64,000 nucleotides of DNA, from assembly GCF_964194025.1 (NCBI RefSeq), contig NC_134479.1:3286001-3350000 (forward strand), read 5' to 3'. This document shows positions 1 to 12,030 of the stretch, piece after piece. Each line of letters opens with the position of its first letter. The first letter of the stretch is position 1. The notes below the pieces were generated by a model. That model was not told the origin of the DNA and did not search any database. It saw only the letters and a program-made list of their open reading frames with translations. This stretch comes from Convolutriloba macropyga (taxonomy: Eukaryota). The translations under genes were made by a program, and so were the position numbers.

Positions 1-346
1 TTATAGAGAGAATTAATGCTCTACAAAAATGTACAAACAACGTTTACACAAAGGAGATCACGGAAATCTTCTATTAAAATTTACCCAATATAACATCAGA
101 AACTAATTTGACTCAAATGTATGAATTGAAACTGATGAATTATTTTCGATTAGTTAGCTCGATGTTGGCTAGATAGATGTTGAGTAGATACAATTGTTTT
201 CTTTTTATTTCATGGCAAAAATTCAGTTTTCCAAGCTTTCCATAGTGGGGGCTCAGTGTTCCGTCCATTGGGTGGATCACACCCCCGTTTTATAATTTAT
301 AGTACATTTTCAAGATCAGCTGAAAAAAATGAATGACTTGAGTGAC

Positions 347-462
347 CTTGAGACGAAGTGCATGTTAGGGAATGAGAAGATGACAGAACAGAGGAGAGTG
401 AGTCGTCCCAGGGTGATGACGTCATCAGAGGAGGCATAGTTGAGTAACACGTCACTCTTTGT
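347..462 (-). CDS. SLC38A7: SLC38A7/A8-like transporter, coding exon 7 (absent from the ORF track)
   Basis: Acceptor gttgtag|ACA (phase 0). Encodes TKSDVLLNYASSDDVITLGRLTLLCSVIFSFPNMHFVSR (cf. DVLLSYP...YPILHFCGR). Ends at a weak AG|gtcact donor or reads through to TGA at 318-316. Confidence 0.88.
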
Positions 463-487
463 CTACAACACGAGAAATCAAACTAAC

Positions 488-3103
488 CTAGCCGGCAGAT
501 TGCCGGAATAGCTGCGAAAGAAGACCTGCGTGCCATATAATAGAGATAGAAACAGATACAGATCTAAGTTGAAAAAAAATCGACGCCGCTCAAAAAAACT
601 ATGTAAAAAACATTCAGCGATAAATTAATAAAGCTTGTTAAAATTCATTCCGCAGAAGCCTCTTATTAGGGACCTTTACTGCAAAAATGAGTTCCTTTGA
701 CCTTAAACAAATTCAAATTAAACTTAAATTTTAAAGTGCAAAAGTCATTTTATTGAGTGAGGTAAGTCACGTATGATCAAAATCTAATCACGCAAATAAC
801 CTAAAAACTTTTGGTAAAGCGAGTGAGAAATGACGTCACGCCCGCAAAGGCCGTTAGTGAGAGGAAGAAGTCATTCACCAAATTTGACTTTTTCAGCTTT
901 GCTGTGTGAACAAACGTAAAACGAAAAAAGAGCGTCAGACGACGAAACAAAAAAAACCAAGAGCACCGCAATATAGCTTCGCTCAGCTTACAGCTTCGCA
1001 GGTATAATAAACATAGCCAGCAGATTGCCGGAATAGCTGAGGAAGTATAGAACTGCTTGCCATAAAATAGAGATAGAAACAGACACAGATCTAAATTGAA
1101 AAAAAAATCGACGCCGCTCAAAAAAACTAGGTAAAAACATTCAGCGATAAATTAATAAAGCTTGTTAAAATTCATTCCGCAGAGGCCTCTTATTAAGGAC
1201 CTTTACTGCACACATGAGTTCCTTTGACCTTAAACAAATTCAAATTAAACTTAATTTTTAAAGTGCAAAAGTCAATATATTGAGTGAGGTAAGTCACGTA
1301 TGATCAAAATCTAATCACGCAAATAACCTAAAAACTTTTGCTAAAGCGAGTGAGAAATGACGTTACGCGCGTAAATGCCGTTAGTGAGAGGAAGAAATCA
1401 TTCAGAAAATTTGACTTTTTCAGCTTTGTTGTGTGAGCAAATGTAAAACGAAAAAAGCGTCAGACGAAACAAAAAAAACCAAGAGCACCGCAATATAGCT
1501 TCGCTCAGCTTACAGCTTCGCAGCTATAATAAAAATAGCCGGCAGATTGCCGGAATAGCTGCGGAAGTATAGAACTGCTTGCCATATAATAGAGATAGAA
1601 ACAGATACAGATCTAAATTGAAAAAAAAATCGACGCCGCTCAAAAAACTAGGTAAAAACATTCAGCGATAAATTGATGAAGTTTGTTAAAATTCATTCCG
1701 CAGAAGCCTCTTATTAAGGACCTTTACTGCACACATGAGTTCCTTTGACCTTAAACAAATTCAAATTAAACTTAATTTTTAAAGTGCAAAAGTCATTTTA
1801 TTGAGTGAGGTAAGTCACGTATGATCAAAATCTAATCACGCAAATAACCTAAAAACTTTTGCTAAAGCGAGTGAGAAATGACGTCACGCGCGTAAATGCC
1901 GTTAGTGAGAGGAAGAAATCATTCAGAAAATTTGACTTTTTCAGCTTTGTTGTGTGATCAAATGTAAAACGGAAAAAGCGTCAGACGACGAAACAAAAAA
2001 AAACCAAGAGCACCGCAATATAGCTTCGCTCAGCTTACAGCTTCGCAGCTATAATAAAAATAGCCGGCAGATTGCCGGAATAGCTGCGGAAGTATAGAAC
2101 TGCTTGCCATATAATAGAGATAGAAACAGATACAGATCTAAATTGAAAAAAAAAATCGACGCCGCTCAAAAAACTAGGTAAAAACATTCAGCGATAAACT
2201 AATGAAGTTTGTTAAAATTCATTCCGCAGAAGCCTCTTATTAAGGACCTTTACTGCACACATGAGTTCCTTTGACCTCAAACCAATTCAAATTAAACTTA
2301 ATTTTTAAAGTGCAAAAGTCATTTTATTGAGTGAGGTAAGTCACGTATGATCAAAATTTAATCACGCAAATAACCTAAAAACTTTTGCTAAAGCGAGTGA
2401 GAAATGACGTCACGCGCGTAAATGCCGTTAGTGAGAGGAAGAAATCATTTAGAAAATTTGACTTTTTCAGCTTTGTTGTGTGAGCAAATGTAAAACGAAA
2501 AAAGCGTCAGACGACGAAACAAAAAAAACCAAGAGCACCGCAATACAGCTTCGCTCAGCTTACAGCTTCGCAGCTATAAAAAAAATAGCCGGCAGATTGC
2601 CGGAATAGCTGCGGAAGTATAGAACTGCTTGCCACATAATAGAGATAAACAGATACAGATCTAAATTGAAAAAAAAATAGACGCCGCTCAAAAAACTAGG
2701 TAAAAACATTCAGCGATAAATTAATGAAATTTATAAAAATTCATTCCGCAGAAGCCTCTTATTAAGGACCTTTACTGCACACATGAGTTCCTTTGACCTT
2801 AAACCAATTCAAATTAAACTAAATTTTCAAAGTGCAAAAGTCATTTTATTGAGTGAGGTAAGTCACGTATGTTCAAAATCTAATCACGCAAATAACCTAA
2901 AAACTTTTGCTAAAGCGAGCGAGAAATGACGTCACGCGCGTAAATGCCGTTAGTGAGAGGAAGAAGTCAATCAGAAAATTTGACTTTTTCATCTTTGCTG
3001 TGTGAACAAACGTAAAACGAAAAAAGAGCGTCAGACGACGAAACAAAAAAACCAAGAGCACCACAATATAGCTCCGCTCAGCTTACAGCTTCGCAGCTAT
3101 AAA
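488..3103 (-). repeat. Five head-to-tail copies (~525-bp unit) of a Helentron/DINE-1-like non-autonomous element in intron 6
   Basis: GCAGATTGCCGGAATAGCTG recurs near 495, 1020, 1542, 2067 and 2592. Each unit has the hairpin CCGGCA-gat-TGCCGG and the inverted pair ATAGCTGCG/CGCAGCTAT. Confidence 0.85.
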
Positions 3104-3149
3104 CATAAGAGAGCAGTGACATAAGAAAGCTGTACAAAATTTAATTAAT

Positions 3150-4632
3150 AATCAGCAGATTGCCAAATAGTCGCCGTTGGTTCCAATAACCAAGATTAGG
3201 ATTGAAAGAACAGAAAAACTAAAAAGATTTTTTGTACACAATAATTTTAAAGTGAGAACTATTTTGATGTCAATATGTAGCTGAACATAATCCAATTTCG
3301 TAGTTAGACATAGGGGCTAGTGTCAATACCAATAAGCAATAGAGATGGTATCGGTTCGAGTAAGGGACATCTAAAATTAGGATCTATCTCGTTTCTATTT
3401 CTCATTTCGTTTTTTGATACTGACTCCGGTCATTTTGAATTGTTTTGCTGAGCAACTGCTGTCTAAAAACACTTTTAGCAGAATGAGAGAACGGTAAAAT
3501 TAGTTTAGAGAAGTCAAAAAACTTTGAAAAAAGGTAAAGCGAAAAAATTTTAGAACGACAAAGTAAAAAAAACATAGCCCGAAGACTGGCGGAAACAACT
3601 CGGAGTACGAACTTAACTACCCTAACAACATAAGGAGCCTTATAAATGATTATGCCGACTAAACTGAAACAATAGCAGGCAAATTAACTATGGAAAAGTA
3701 ACTGAGAACAAAAATTGATAAAGAATCTAATAAAAAATTTCGTTGATAATTGCGGCTCGAAAACAACTACCTGCAAAAACCTTTCGACACAGTTAGTTCT
3801 CATTCAATAAGTGACTGGCAACTGACAGAAAAAGCGAAAAAATGTTAATATAGAGAAAACCAAGGAAAAAAAAGAAAGGACAATGTAGAAAAATATTATT
3901 GACAAGTTTCCTATATTTCCTAAGTTTCAAAGTTGTTCTAATTCAGTGTGCAGTTTCAGCTAGATTCTAAACCTATACTTACTTCAGCTTATATACTGAA
4001 AGGTATTAAGCTTAATATTAATATCAGCTAGCACTCGCTCTAATGAGCTATGATAACCTAATTCAAAAAGACTTAATGACCGGGATTTATCGGTTTATCC
4101 CGTTTCTTTTGATTTTGCTCTTTTGACATCGACCGTATTCACTAAATTACGTAATTCAATGCTTGAAAGAATTTAAAATCCATTCCGTTGAAACAATGAG
4201 TGAAGTAAGTCAAACGTGAAAATCGTGACTTATGTAAAACGAAAAACGTGATCAAAAGGTAAAGCGAATCGAAAAAGCATTCAAACAAACTATTACTAGT
4301 TTGGGTACACGATGCAAACATCTTTGACAGATAAGAATGGAATTTAAACTAAAAAGTGCTTTGAAAATGGCTCAGGTGATCAAAAAATTTTGCTCGCTAA
4401 AACGAAAATTTCTTCACACCTACTATTCTCGCTCTCTCAAAAATATAGCATGAACTGAAAACGCTCTCTCTTCTCCCAGCAATTTGACCTAAACACTTGG
4501 TTTTCACGCATTTCACTTCCTGTTTTAAATGCACTCCAACAAAATTACCGATAAAAAAAGACGCTCCACCAATACTCATCTTTGAGTCGTAAAATAGGAG
4601 CGCTATAATAGCCAGCTGAGGCGGCTAATTAA
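3150..4632 (-). mobile_element. Helentron-like non-autonomous element (long subfamily)
   Basis: Ends CAGCAGATTGCCAAATAGTCGCC and GGAGCGCTATAATAGCC...GGCGGCTAATT. Internal blocks (3310-3470, 4480-4630) match 8920-10250 and 12430-12630. Confidence 0.6.
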
Positions 4633-4737
4633 CATAAGCTGACTAATGTCGGAAGAATTGCTTTCAAACGACAGGCGAGATTTAATTCAGTGGCTGCAAC
4701 CTAGACAAAATTTTCTTTATGGATGCCAAAATAGCTA

Positions 4738-4812
4738 ATCACGCCGGGATTCGAACCATGGACCTCCCGATCCCTCACCAGAAGCACTGCCCACTCGGCT
4801 CCCAGGACCTTC
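4738..4812 (-). repeat. tRNA-derived SINE head / pseudo-tRNA
   Basis: Minus strand reads GGGAGCCGAGTGGGCAGTG...GGTTCGAATCCCGG, an A-box-like motif plus a canonical B box. No convincing cloverleaf. Confidence 0.5.
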
Positions 4813-5089
4813 TTGTTGCTGTGCTGCAATCGATTTTATTTTAGCAACAAGCTTTAATTCGGAGTGGGAGCAATATAGATCACTCAAAAATGAAGAACGA
4901 AAGCGAGAAAAAGTCAGTTGAGAAGTCAAGAATGTTCTATAAGAAAAGCGCGAAAACAGTCAAGCAAAAAATTTGCATAAAAAAGACCAACACGTTTACA
5001 ATTATTGCTACAAACTTCGTTTGAGAGCAATAAATTAATATTCAGCAGAAAAAGCATAGTTTATATCAATTTATAATAAGGACACAAAC

Positions 5090-5399
5090 CTGATTGCCAA
5101 ATGTCATGAATCCGAAGAAACCGACGAGGGCATAAATGCCAGACACGACCACCAGTGCACTGGATATGATGAATGCCCATCGTATCATAGAGCGTTTCTT
5201 TAAACTGGCATAGCAGGGCACACAACTCAAGTGACACTGATAGGCTAGCACGAAAGTGGGGAGAGCGTGGAGTAGTCCCAGCCATGTAAAATTAATATCT
5301 GTAAATTTAGGAGACGGTTCTTCTGGCTCTTTTTCTCTCCTGTAGTATCGGAGGACAATTGCAATGGGCAGATACGTCACAGCCACCACAGACACCAAT
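5090..5399 (-). CDS. SLC38A7: SLC38A7/A8-like transporter, coding exon 6
   Basis: Acceptor gacag|A and donor CAG|gtttgt. Encodes ALPTFVLAYQCHLSCVPCY and VGFFGFMTFG (family motifs PTICFGFQCH and GFLTFG). Confidence 0.92.
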
Positions 5400-5949
5400 C
5401 TGTCAACAATGAAAACCCGTCCAAAATCAGGACCAAGTTTTACATTAAAGATATTTTGGGTTTGTTATTATTTTTTTCCATGTTTGCACAGTTGAAGTGG
5501 AATTATGCTCATTTTGTGTCCTAATTGGATTGTAATTGGATATGATTTTGAAATGTTGTCCAATTGCATTAACCATTCTATTTAGGCCCATTTCATACAT
5601 TTGGAGGCAAAATGTGACGTGATCAGTCTGAGCTTAGTAAAAATGCAGACTGGGAATACAATGATTTAATGTTTTCCGGATGATTTAATGAACACCTGAT
5701 TTAAATTTTACAAAATCCCAGTTATGAAGTTAAGATTGCAGAGGTTACTTCACACAATCATTTCAAACTCACATTAGGAAAGGCATAACGTTAATAAATA
5801 AGTTCAGAGCATTGGTACAAAAATTACAATTTAGAAAGGAATACCTAAAAATGAAAATATTTCATAGTTACTCCATAAATAAATCTGACAATATACGGCA
5901 CTGAGTTCCAAACCTACTCAAACGGGCACATACTAAAACTTCATGATTG

Positions 5950-7620
5950 GAATTTGAACAATTCTGCTTTTCTTTGCAGTCTTTCACGAGCTCAAGCAGA
6001 AGAAAACTATGTAAAGGAAATAAACAACAAGAAATTTGTTTCGACAGCTTTTTTAGATCTCTCCAAAGCTTTTGACTCTATCAGCCATGAAATTCTACAT
6101 TCCAAGCCAAAATATCTCGGGTTTAATGAAAATGCAATTCTTCTAATTAAACGCTTTACAAAGGGCCGAATACAGAAAACAATCGTAAACATAGTTGAAT
6201 TAGATTGGATTTCCCTTTATAAAAGTGTTCCTCAGGGGACTGTTTTTGGACCGCTATTGTTCACTTTATACCTAAACGATATCAAACAGATAAAGATATC
6301 CGAACATAATCTTTTACAATGTGCAGACGACACAGTCATTCTATGTTGTGCTCAGTCTGGAAAAAGCGTCGAAAGACTAGGTCTCTAAATACTTTGATTA
6401 ACATAAAATAAACTTAAATGCTAAAAAACCGGGTATTTAGTTTTTTGTCTCAAACATCGAAACCAAATAACTCAGAAGCAGCCAATCAAAGTTTAAAACA
6501 AAACTATTCAAGCTAAAACATCAGTGAAATATCTGGGTGTTTTTAGACCAGAATCTTTGTTTTCAAGAAGAGGTCAACAGCATATTGAAGAAAATGGCTT
6601 GTGGTATAAAAACTATCGGCCATTAAAAAAGGTTTGCCAATAAAAACACAGCCGGCAGATTGCCAGAAAATAGCCGCAATAGCTTCGTAGATCTGCAGTC
6701 TCAACAAAACAGTAAAAAAGACAGACCACAAAATACTCTTTCCATTGAAGGCTGAGATTTTATATTTTGATTAAGAATCTGTATAAGTTACTGCTGCCTC
6801 GATCAGCTGCTCTTAAATAACCTTCATTTAGAGTAACACATACCCATTTGACCTAAACTCTTTCAATTAAAGTAAATAAAAGTCAATTTCAAAGTCAGGA
6901 AGTCATTTTTGAGAGTGAGGTAAAAACTCGCTCCACTAAGAGCAAAAAAGGACGTCACGCACGCGTTTCAGTTGAAATTGCATGAACGAATGAACAAAAA
7001 TTGGCTGTGACGTCATATGGTCGTAACAAAAATCTTGAAGAAATAAATAAAAAAAAACCAAGAGAAGGCCAATAATAGCCTCAGCTATCGCTGTGCGGCT
7101 ATTAAGAATTTAACTTTTGAGTGCTCTAGTTCTTAGTCACCTCCATTATTCGGCTACTTTATTTAGCGGTATATCAAAAATTTTGATAATATCTTCAGAA
7201 AAACAACTAAGTTCAGCTGTTAAAGCATGCTGCGACAGACGCAAATATGATACTCCCAGTTAGTTTCTTTCTAAAATCCAAAATCATAGTTTATTTCAAC
7301 AAAATAAATCAAATCAAGATTGCTGCATACACAGAAACCTCGATTTTCCAAACTCTCAGATTATAAAACAAAAGCGTGCCGGTTTTTGGTACCACCCCTG
7401 TGCGGTCCAACTGCCAAATTTTCCAGAACTCAATTTTTCATTTGTGATTTATGGAACAATGTAATACTTAAATCAAATCTCAAATGCAACAATACCAGTC
7501 TGAAGGCTTTCAAGAAACGAATAAAAGCCCATTTTCTGGCCGAATTTAGGAAGGATTCAAAACAGATAGCGTACGGCAGACTTCCATGGAAGGATTTTAG
7601 ATTTGAACGCTGACTTATTT
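5950..7620 (+). mobile_element. Degenerate LINE (CR1/L2/Jockey-group) reverse transcriptase and 3' end, interrupted by an insertion
   Basis: Motifs FLDLSKAFDSISH, VPQGTVFGPLLF, ADDT and VKYLGV, with stops and frameshifts. Confidence 0.9.
6647..7103 (-). mobile_element. Helentron/DINE-1-like element inserted in the LINE
   Basis: Hairpin GGCAGATTGCC and perfect subterminal inverted repeats AATAGCCGCA/TGCGGCTATT. LINE coding sequence resumes on both sides with no obvious TSD. Confidence 0.8.
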
Positions 7621-7807
7621 CTTATGTATTTCTCTTGTTCTATGCAAGACATAACTAACTGATAAACTATCTTTGATAAATACTGACATACACTGCAAGA
7701 TTGTATACTACTATGTCAACTTGCTAATTGAGTGTTGTTTTAAAGACCGGTGGTGGCGGCGGTAGTGGATGGATTGGGGAGAGGGGGTGGATGAGTAGGT
7801 GTCGTAC

Positions 7808-7931
7808 CCTGGGTAGGACAAGTAGGATATATCTTTAGGGATGCAGAGTGGGAGGATGACGAGGGAAGACAACACAATTGACATCTCTCTGAACTCAGCT
7901 GGCTCTTTGCTACCATCCAACAGACACAACA
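7808..7931 (-). CDS. SLC38A7: SLC38A7/A8-like transporter, coding exon 5
   Basis: Acceptor tttcag|TG and donor CAGG|gtacga (phase 2). Encodes VILPLCIPKDISYLSYPG (family motif ILPLSIPREIG). Confidence 0.9.
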
Positions 7932-8043
7932 CTGAAACAATTTGTTCAACAGTTATAGTTATACAGAATTGGAATTAGATACAGAAACTAAATACGTGGA
8001 AGAGGCAAAAAGGTCAATATTTATAGATTAATTTGAGACTTAC

Positions 8044-8088
8044 TGGATGAGAAAGTGGTTGCGATAGAACAACAGTAGTTCTGAACTC
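8044..8088 (-). CDS. SLC38A7: SLC38A7/A8-like transporter, 45-bp exon 4 (loop, GVQNYCCSIATTFSS)
   Basis: Acceptor ttttag|GA and strong donor CCA|gtaagt. Symmetric phase 1-1 with no stop codon. Confidence 0.65.
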
Positions 8089-8188
8089 CTAAAATTGTTC
8101 ACGCAAGAGTGGGTGAAGATGCAAAACTCGAAGGAAAATATAAACGATGACAAAAATGCGTTGATAGGAATAGAAATGAAAGAAGTAC

Positions 8189-8387
8189 CGTGCGGCAGTT
8201 GATCGCCAGCAATGATGAGGAACATGATACAAGCGAAGAATCCATTCAACACAATGATCACTTCCACTGCCAGTTTGACCTTGTGACCCCAGAGAGATCC
8301 GATTACACTCTCGTAAGAGGACACCTGACATTTCTCAGCACAGAAGCCAAGAAGGAAGAGAGTAGATAGCACAACACACACAACTAT
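8189..8387 (-). CDS. SLC38A7: SLC38A7/A8-like transporter, coding exon 3
   Basis: Acceptor tttgtag|ATA (phase 0) and donor CACG|gtactt (phase 1). Encodes SSYESVIGSLWG...CIMFLIIAGDQL, typical of the SLC38/AAAP family. Confidence 0.9.
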
Positions 8388-8985
8388 CTACAAAATAGAC
8401 CAATAAGTACACGAAATAGATCTCGACCTCATTACAGATTCAAAGTCCAAATTATAAACCAAAGTCACAATCCCAATCACAAACGGAAAAGTTTCGTGCT
8501 TTATTTATTGATTTATCTTCTTTCCCCTAGCCTCACTTGCTCTCTTTTTCACTATTGAAAAATCACTCCACCATTGGACAATCGCTCAGCTGTTAATTTC
8601 TTGATTTTGTGCTGTTGATCTTCTATGAATTTGATCAGCCTGGTCAGATTAAGACCATTTAACAAATTTCTAATGACATTAATTATGACAGCTGGTACCA
8701 CCCTTAATAATCTACTAGGTTTAGTTGGCGATTATAAGTGTAGTCACAAGCATTAATTTCTTAACAATTGCTAAATATACCCCACAGAGCCGGAAAATAG
8801 CCGCCAAGGATTCATATAACACCGATTGTGATTTAACAAAAAACAAAAAAAATGATTGTTGTACAGAAATTTTGAATGGAGTTTGTATTTAGACATACTG
8901 CTGTTTCTCAATGAGAGGATACAGGGGCTAGAATCAATGCCAAAAGCATTAGAGATGTCATCTATGTCTTTTAAGAACAAAGTTC

Positions 8986-10127
8986 GGGTCTTTCCCATTA
9001 AAAAAAAACCACTGAATTCCGATCCACATCAACGAGTACAATTGATATTAGTCCGGCAGTGTAATTATTTAAATGAATTTATTATTTCCATATTATAACA
9101 GAAAACTTGAGTTAAATTCAAATTATGTCGCATATCTCACAATAAAAATTAGTTAAGTTTATAAAGTCAACCCAACCAGTAAACAGTAGTTCTAATTCAT
9201 TTTCCAAATGTAAAGTCACGCCATGTTGAACAAGTAACCTTCCACAAAAAAGGGTTCCTTTTGTAAGCTGAGAAGAAAGTTGCTTGGGGAAACTTTTTTT
9301 GTCTTGTTTGATTTCAATCTAGTATCGCTAATCTAACAAACGAGTTTTGCCTTTTGATAGAGAAAAATTTTTGGTCCCAGAACAATTTTTTTGTCCTTAT
9401 AGACTCATGAAGATTCCAGGTGATTAAAGGACGTCCCGATGTTGGTGAAAAAGCAGGTCGTAACTGTTTTTTTATTTTCCAAAAGTATTGTAATCTTTTT
9501 GTTTTTAAAAAGAGTTTTACGGGTAGTATATTCCGACTGCATTTAATATCTTGAACAGATTCAAATTTCTGTCTAAAAAAGGTTGCCCGTAATGACCAGT
9601 TAAGCTGTTTCTCAAGAGACATTATTAAATTTTGCTCAATTGCGTGAATGATAACCGCTGAGTAGTGCAAGTGACTTAATAATAGGGCATTTAGACAATT
9701 ATCAATAGTTTTTGTGGAATTGATTTTCTAATAGCATAAATTGTTTTTATTCCTCGGGCCATTTTTCGTAAGATATGTTTCACTTCCTCTTGAAACGTTA
9801 AATTGCTGTCTATGTGAACCCCTAAATATTTTACTTCAGGTTTCTCGTCTATTGGAATTGAATCTAAAATTATCTGTTCACTGAAATCTTTTCTTTTGCT
9901 CTTACCAAATATCATGAATTCAGTCTTAGAGGTATTAACTGTGAGGTGATGTTCATGAAAAAATCGAATAAGTTTATGAAAAAATCGAATAAGTTTTGAA
10001 AAAATCGAATAAGTTTAAGCTCCCCAGCTTAGCGGTCTAATAACCTATAGCCCCCCCCCCCCAATCATGGTAATTATACCATAATGGGGGCTATAGTTTC
10101 ATATGGGGGCTATAATGGGAAAGACCC
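8986..10127. mobile_element. MITE with GGGTCTTTCCCATTA TIRs and 8-bp TSD, containing a LINE fragment
   Basis: Perfect 15-bp TIRs and TSD CAAAGTTC at 8978-8985 and 10128-10135. Confidence 0.85.
9065..9960 (-). mobile_element. 5'-truncated LINE RT C-terminal fragment
   Basis: EVKYLGVHIDSNLTF...LLSHLHYSA, the same family as 5950-7620. Confidence 0.88.
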
Positions 10128-11644
10128 CAAAGTTCAAAAAGCGGGCATCCAAAATTGGGCTTTATGGGTTAATCCTGTTTTCTATTTTGATTTCGTTTTT
10201 TTGCGACACTGACTCTGTTGATTCTAGATTATTCTAGGTGAGCAACAGTAGGATGGAGGAAGAATCAAACTGGCCCAGACATGTCAAAAAGGCTTCACGC
10301 AAAAAGTTGAAGAAGCTGTGAACTATGTTAAAACGAAACAAACTTTTATTTGACGAAATAAAAAACATAGCAGGACAAGTCCTGATGTACAATTCAATGA
10401 ATTTTCATTGACTAAACAAAAAACTAGACCGAGAAAGTACTATGAGTGAATTGGGAAAACCATTTTAAAAAAAAAACAAAAAAATTTAAAAAAAAACAAA
10501 ATCAATGTCAAAATGCCGCATGTGAGCAAAAAACCTCTAGCAAGAAATGGACATTTGGTTCAAACAAAAAACTAGACCTAGAATGAAGCATGAATGGATT
10601 GGGAAAACCATTCAGAAAACAAATCGAAAACCAAAAAACTGTAAAAATCAAAGTGAAATTGCCGCGTGTGAAGAAAAAGCCACAAGCGAGAAAGCGAATT
10701 TTTGTTCAAAGACCGTTTTCTCAGTCTGCTTGAAACTTAGAGTGAAAAAATTTCACGCCGCAAAACCACTCGCTTTATCGCTCAATTTCCTGTTTCGGCG
10801 TGACCAAAATCACTACTCCAATTTGACTTCAAAAATCATGAAAATGTGTGAACAGATCTTAAAAAAAAAGACAGCGCCCCAATACAACTCAAATTCTTTG
10901 AATTGTGAAAACATAGCATGACAAATCCTGACACTTTTCAAAGAATTTTGTTCTGCCCATACAAAAAACTAGATCTAGAACGGACTACTAATGGATTGGG
11001 AAACCCATTGAGAAACAACTCAGATCCAAAAAAAAAAGGAAAAACCGTAAATCGAACAGCACAATGTGAAAAAACCACTAGCGAGAAAGCAAAGTTTTCT
11101 TTAAGCACCCTTTTCACAATCTACTCTGAAATCAGAGCGAAAAATATTTAGGCCACAAAACCGATTGCTTTTTCACTCCACTTCCGGTTTCAGCGTGACC
11201 AAAATCATCACTCAAATTTGACCTAAAAACATGAAAACGTGTGGACACATCTCGAAAAAACAGCAGGAAAACTCCGGAACCGACTCGAAGTACAAATTCA
11301 CTCACACCCCAGCCAACTACTGCTCAACCAAATTGTGCCTCTGCTCATTTATAGTTATTTTGAAACAAATACAAAATAAAAAATAGAAAGAACAACAAAA
11401 TCAAATCTGTTAAAACATAAGAAATCTGATAAATTTCCTCTGTTTCAGATAAAAATGTTGCAACTCCGAAAAAACTTGCAGAAAACAGTTCTTGTTCAAA
11501 TAACGAACAACAGCTGAACAAAACTGCAAAACGGTACACATGGAGAAAACCGAGTAAAGAAAACAATTTTTCGGTTACACAATTTCCTACAAAACGCAAA
11601 ATGCTGCATCCAATCAATTACTCTTCAACAATCTTCCAAATTTT

Positions 11645-12030
11645 TTCTGGCAGATTGCCAGAAAACAGCTGCAAGAGCTTCGTAGATTTGCAGTCTCAAA
11701 AACAAAGTTAAAGAAACTAACTGAATAAGAAAGTTCTTTTAATTGTTTCTGCTTCAATTAGTTTCTCTTAAATAACCATTAATTAGAGACACAAACTCAC
11801 ATGACCTTATCTCTTCGAAGTTAAGTAAAGGAAAGTCAATTTCAGTGAGTGGTGATTCTGAGTGGCAGGTAAGTTACGTGTGATCAAAAGCCTAATTACG
11901 CCAGGTGCAATGACGATTAAGCAAAGATTTGAAGTTCTGACGTCAAATGGTTGTAACAAAAATTTAGACGACCAAACAAAAAATAAAGAGAAGGCCAATA
12001 ATAACCACAGCTATTGCTTTGCGGCTACTG
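11645..12030 (-). mobile_element. Short Helentron/DINE-1-like element
   Basis: CTGGCAGATTGCCAG hairpin end and GAAGGCCAATA...TGCGGCTA end, homologous to 6647-7103. Confidence 0.75.

Noticed and set aside
320-346. 27-nt GT-AG mini-intron after exon 7
   Set aside because: Too short, and splicing would lead to the same TGA.
801-1121. 106-aa ORF in the intronic array
   Set aside because: Low-complexity translation of a repeat unit that is not kept open in the other units.
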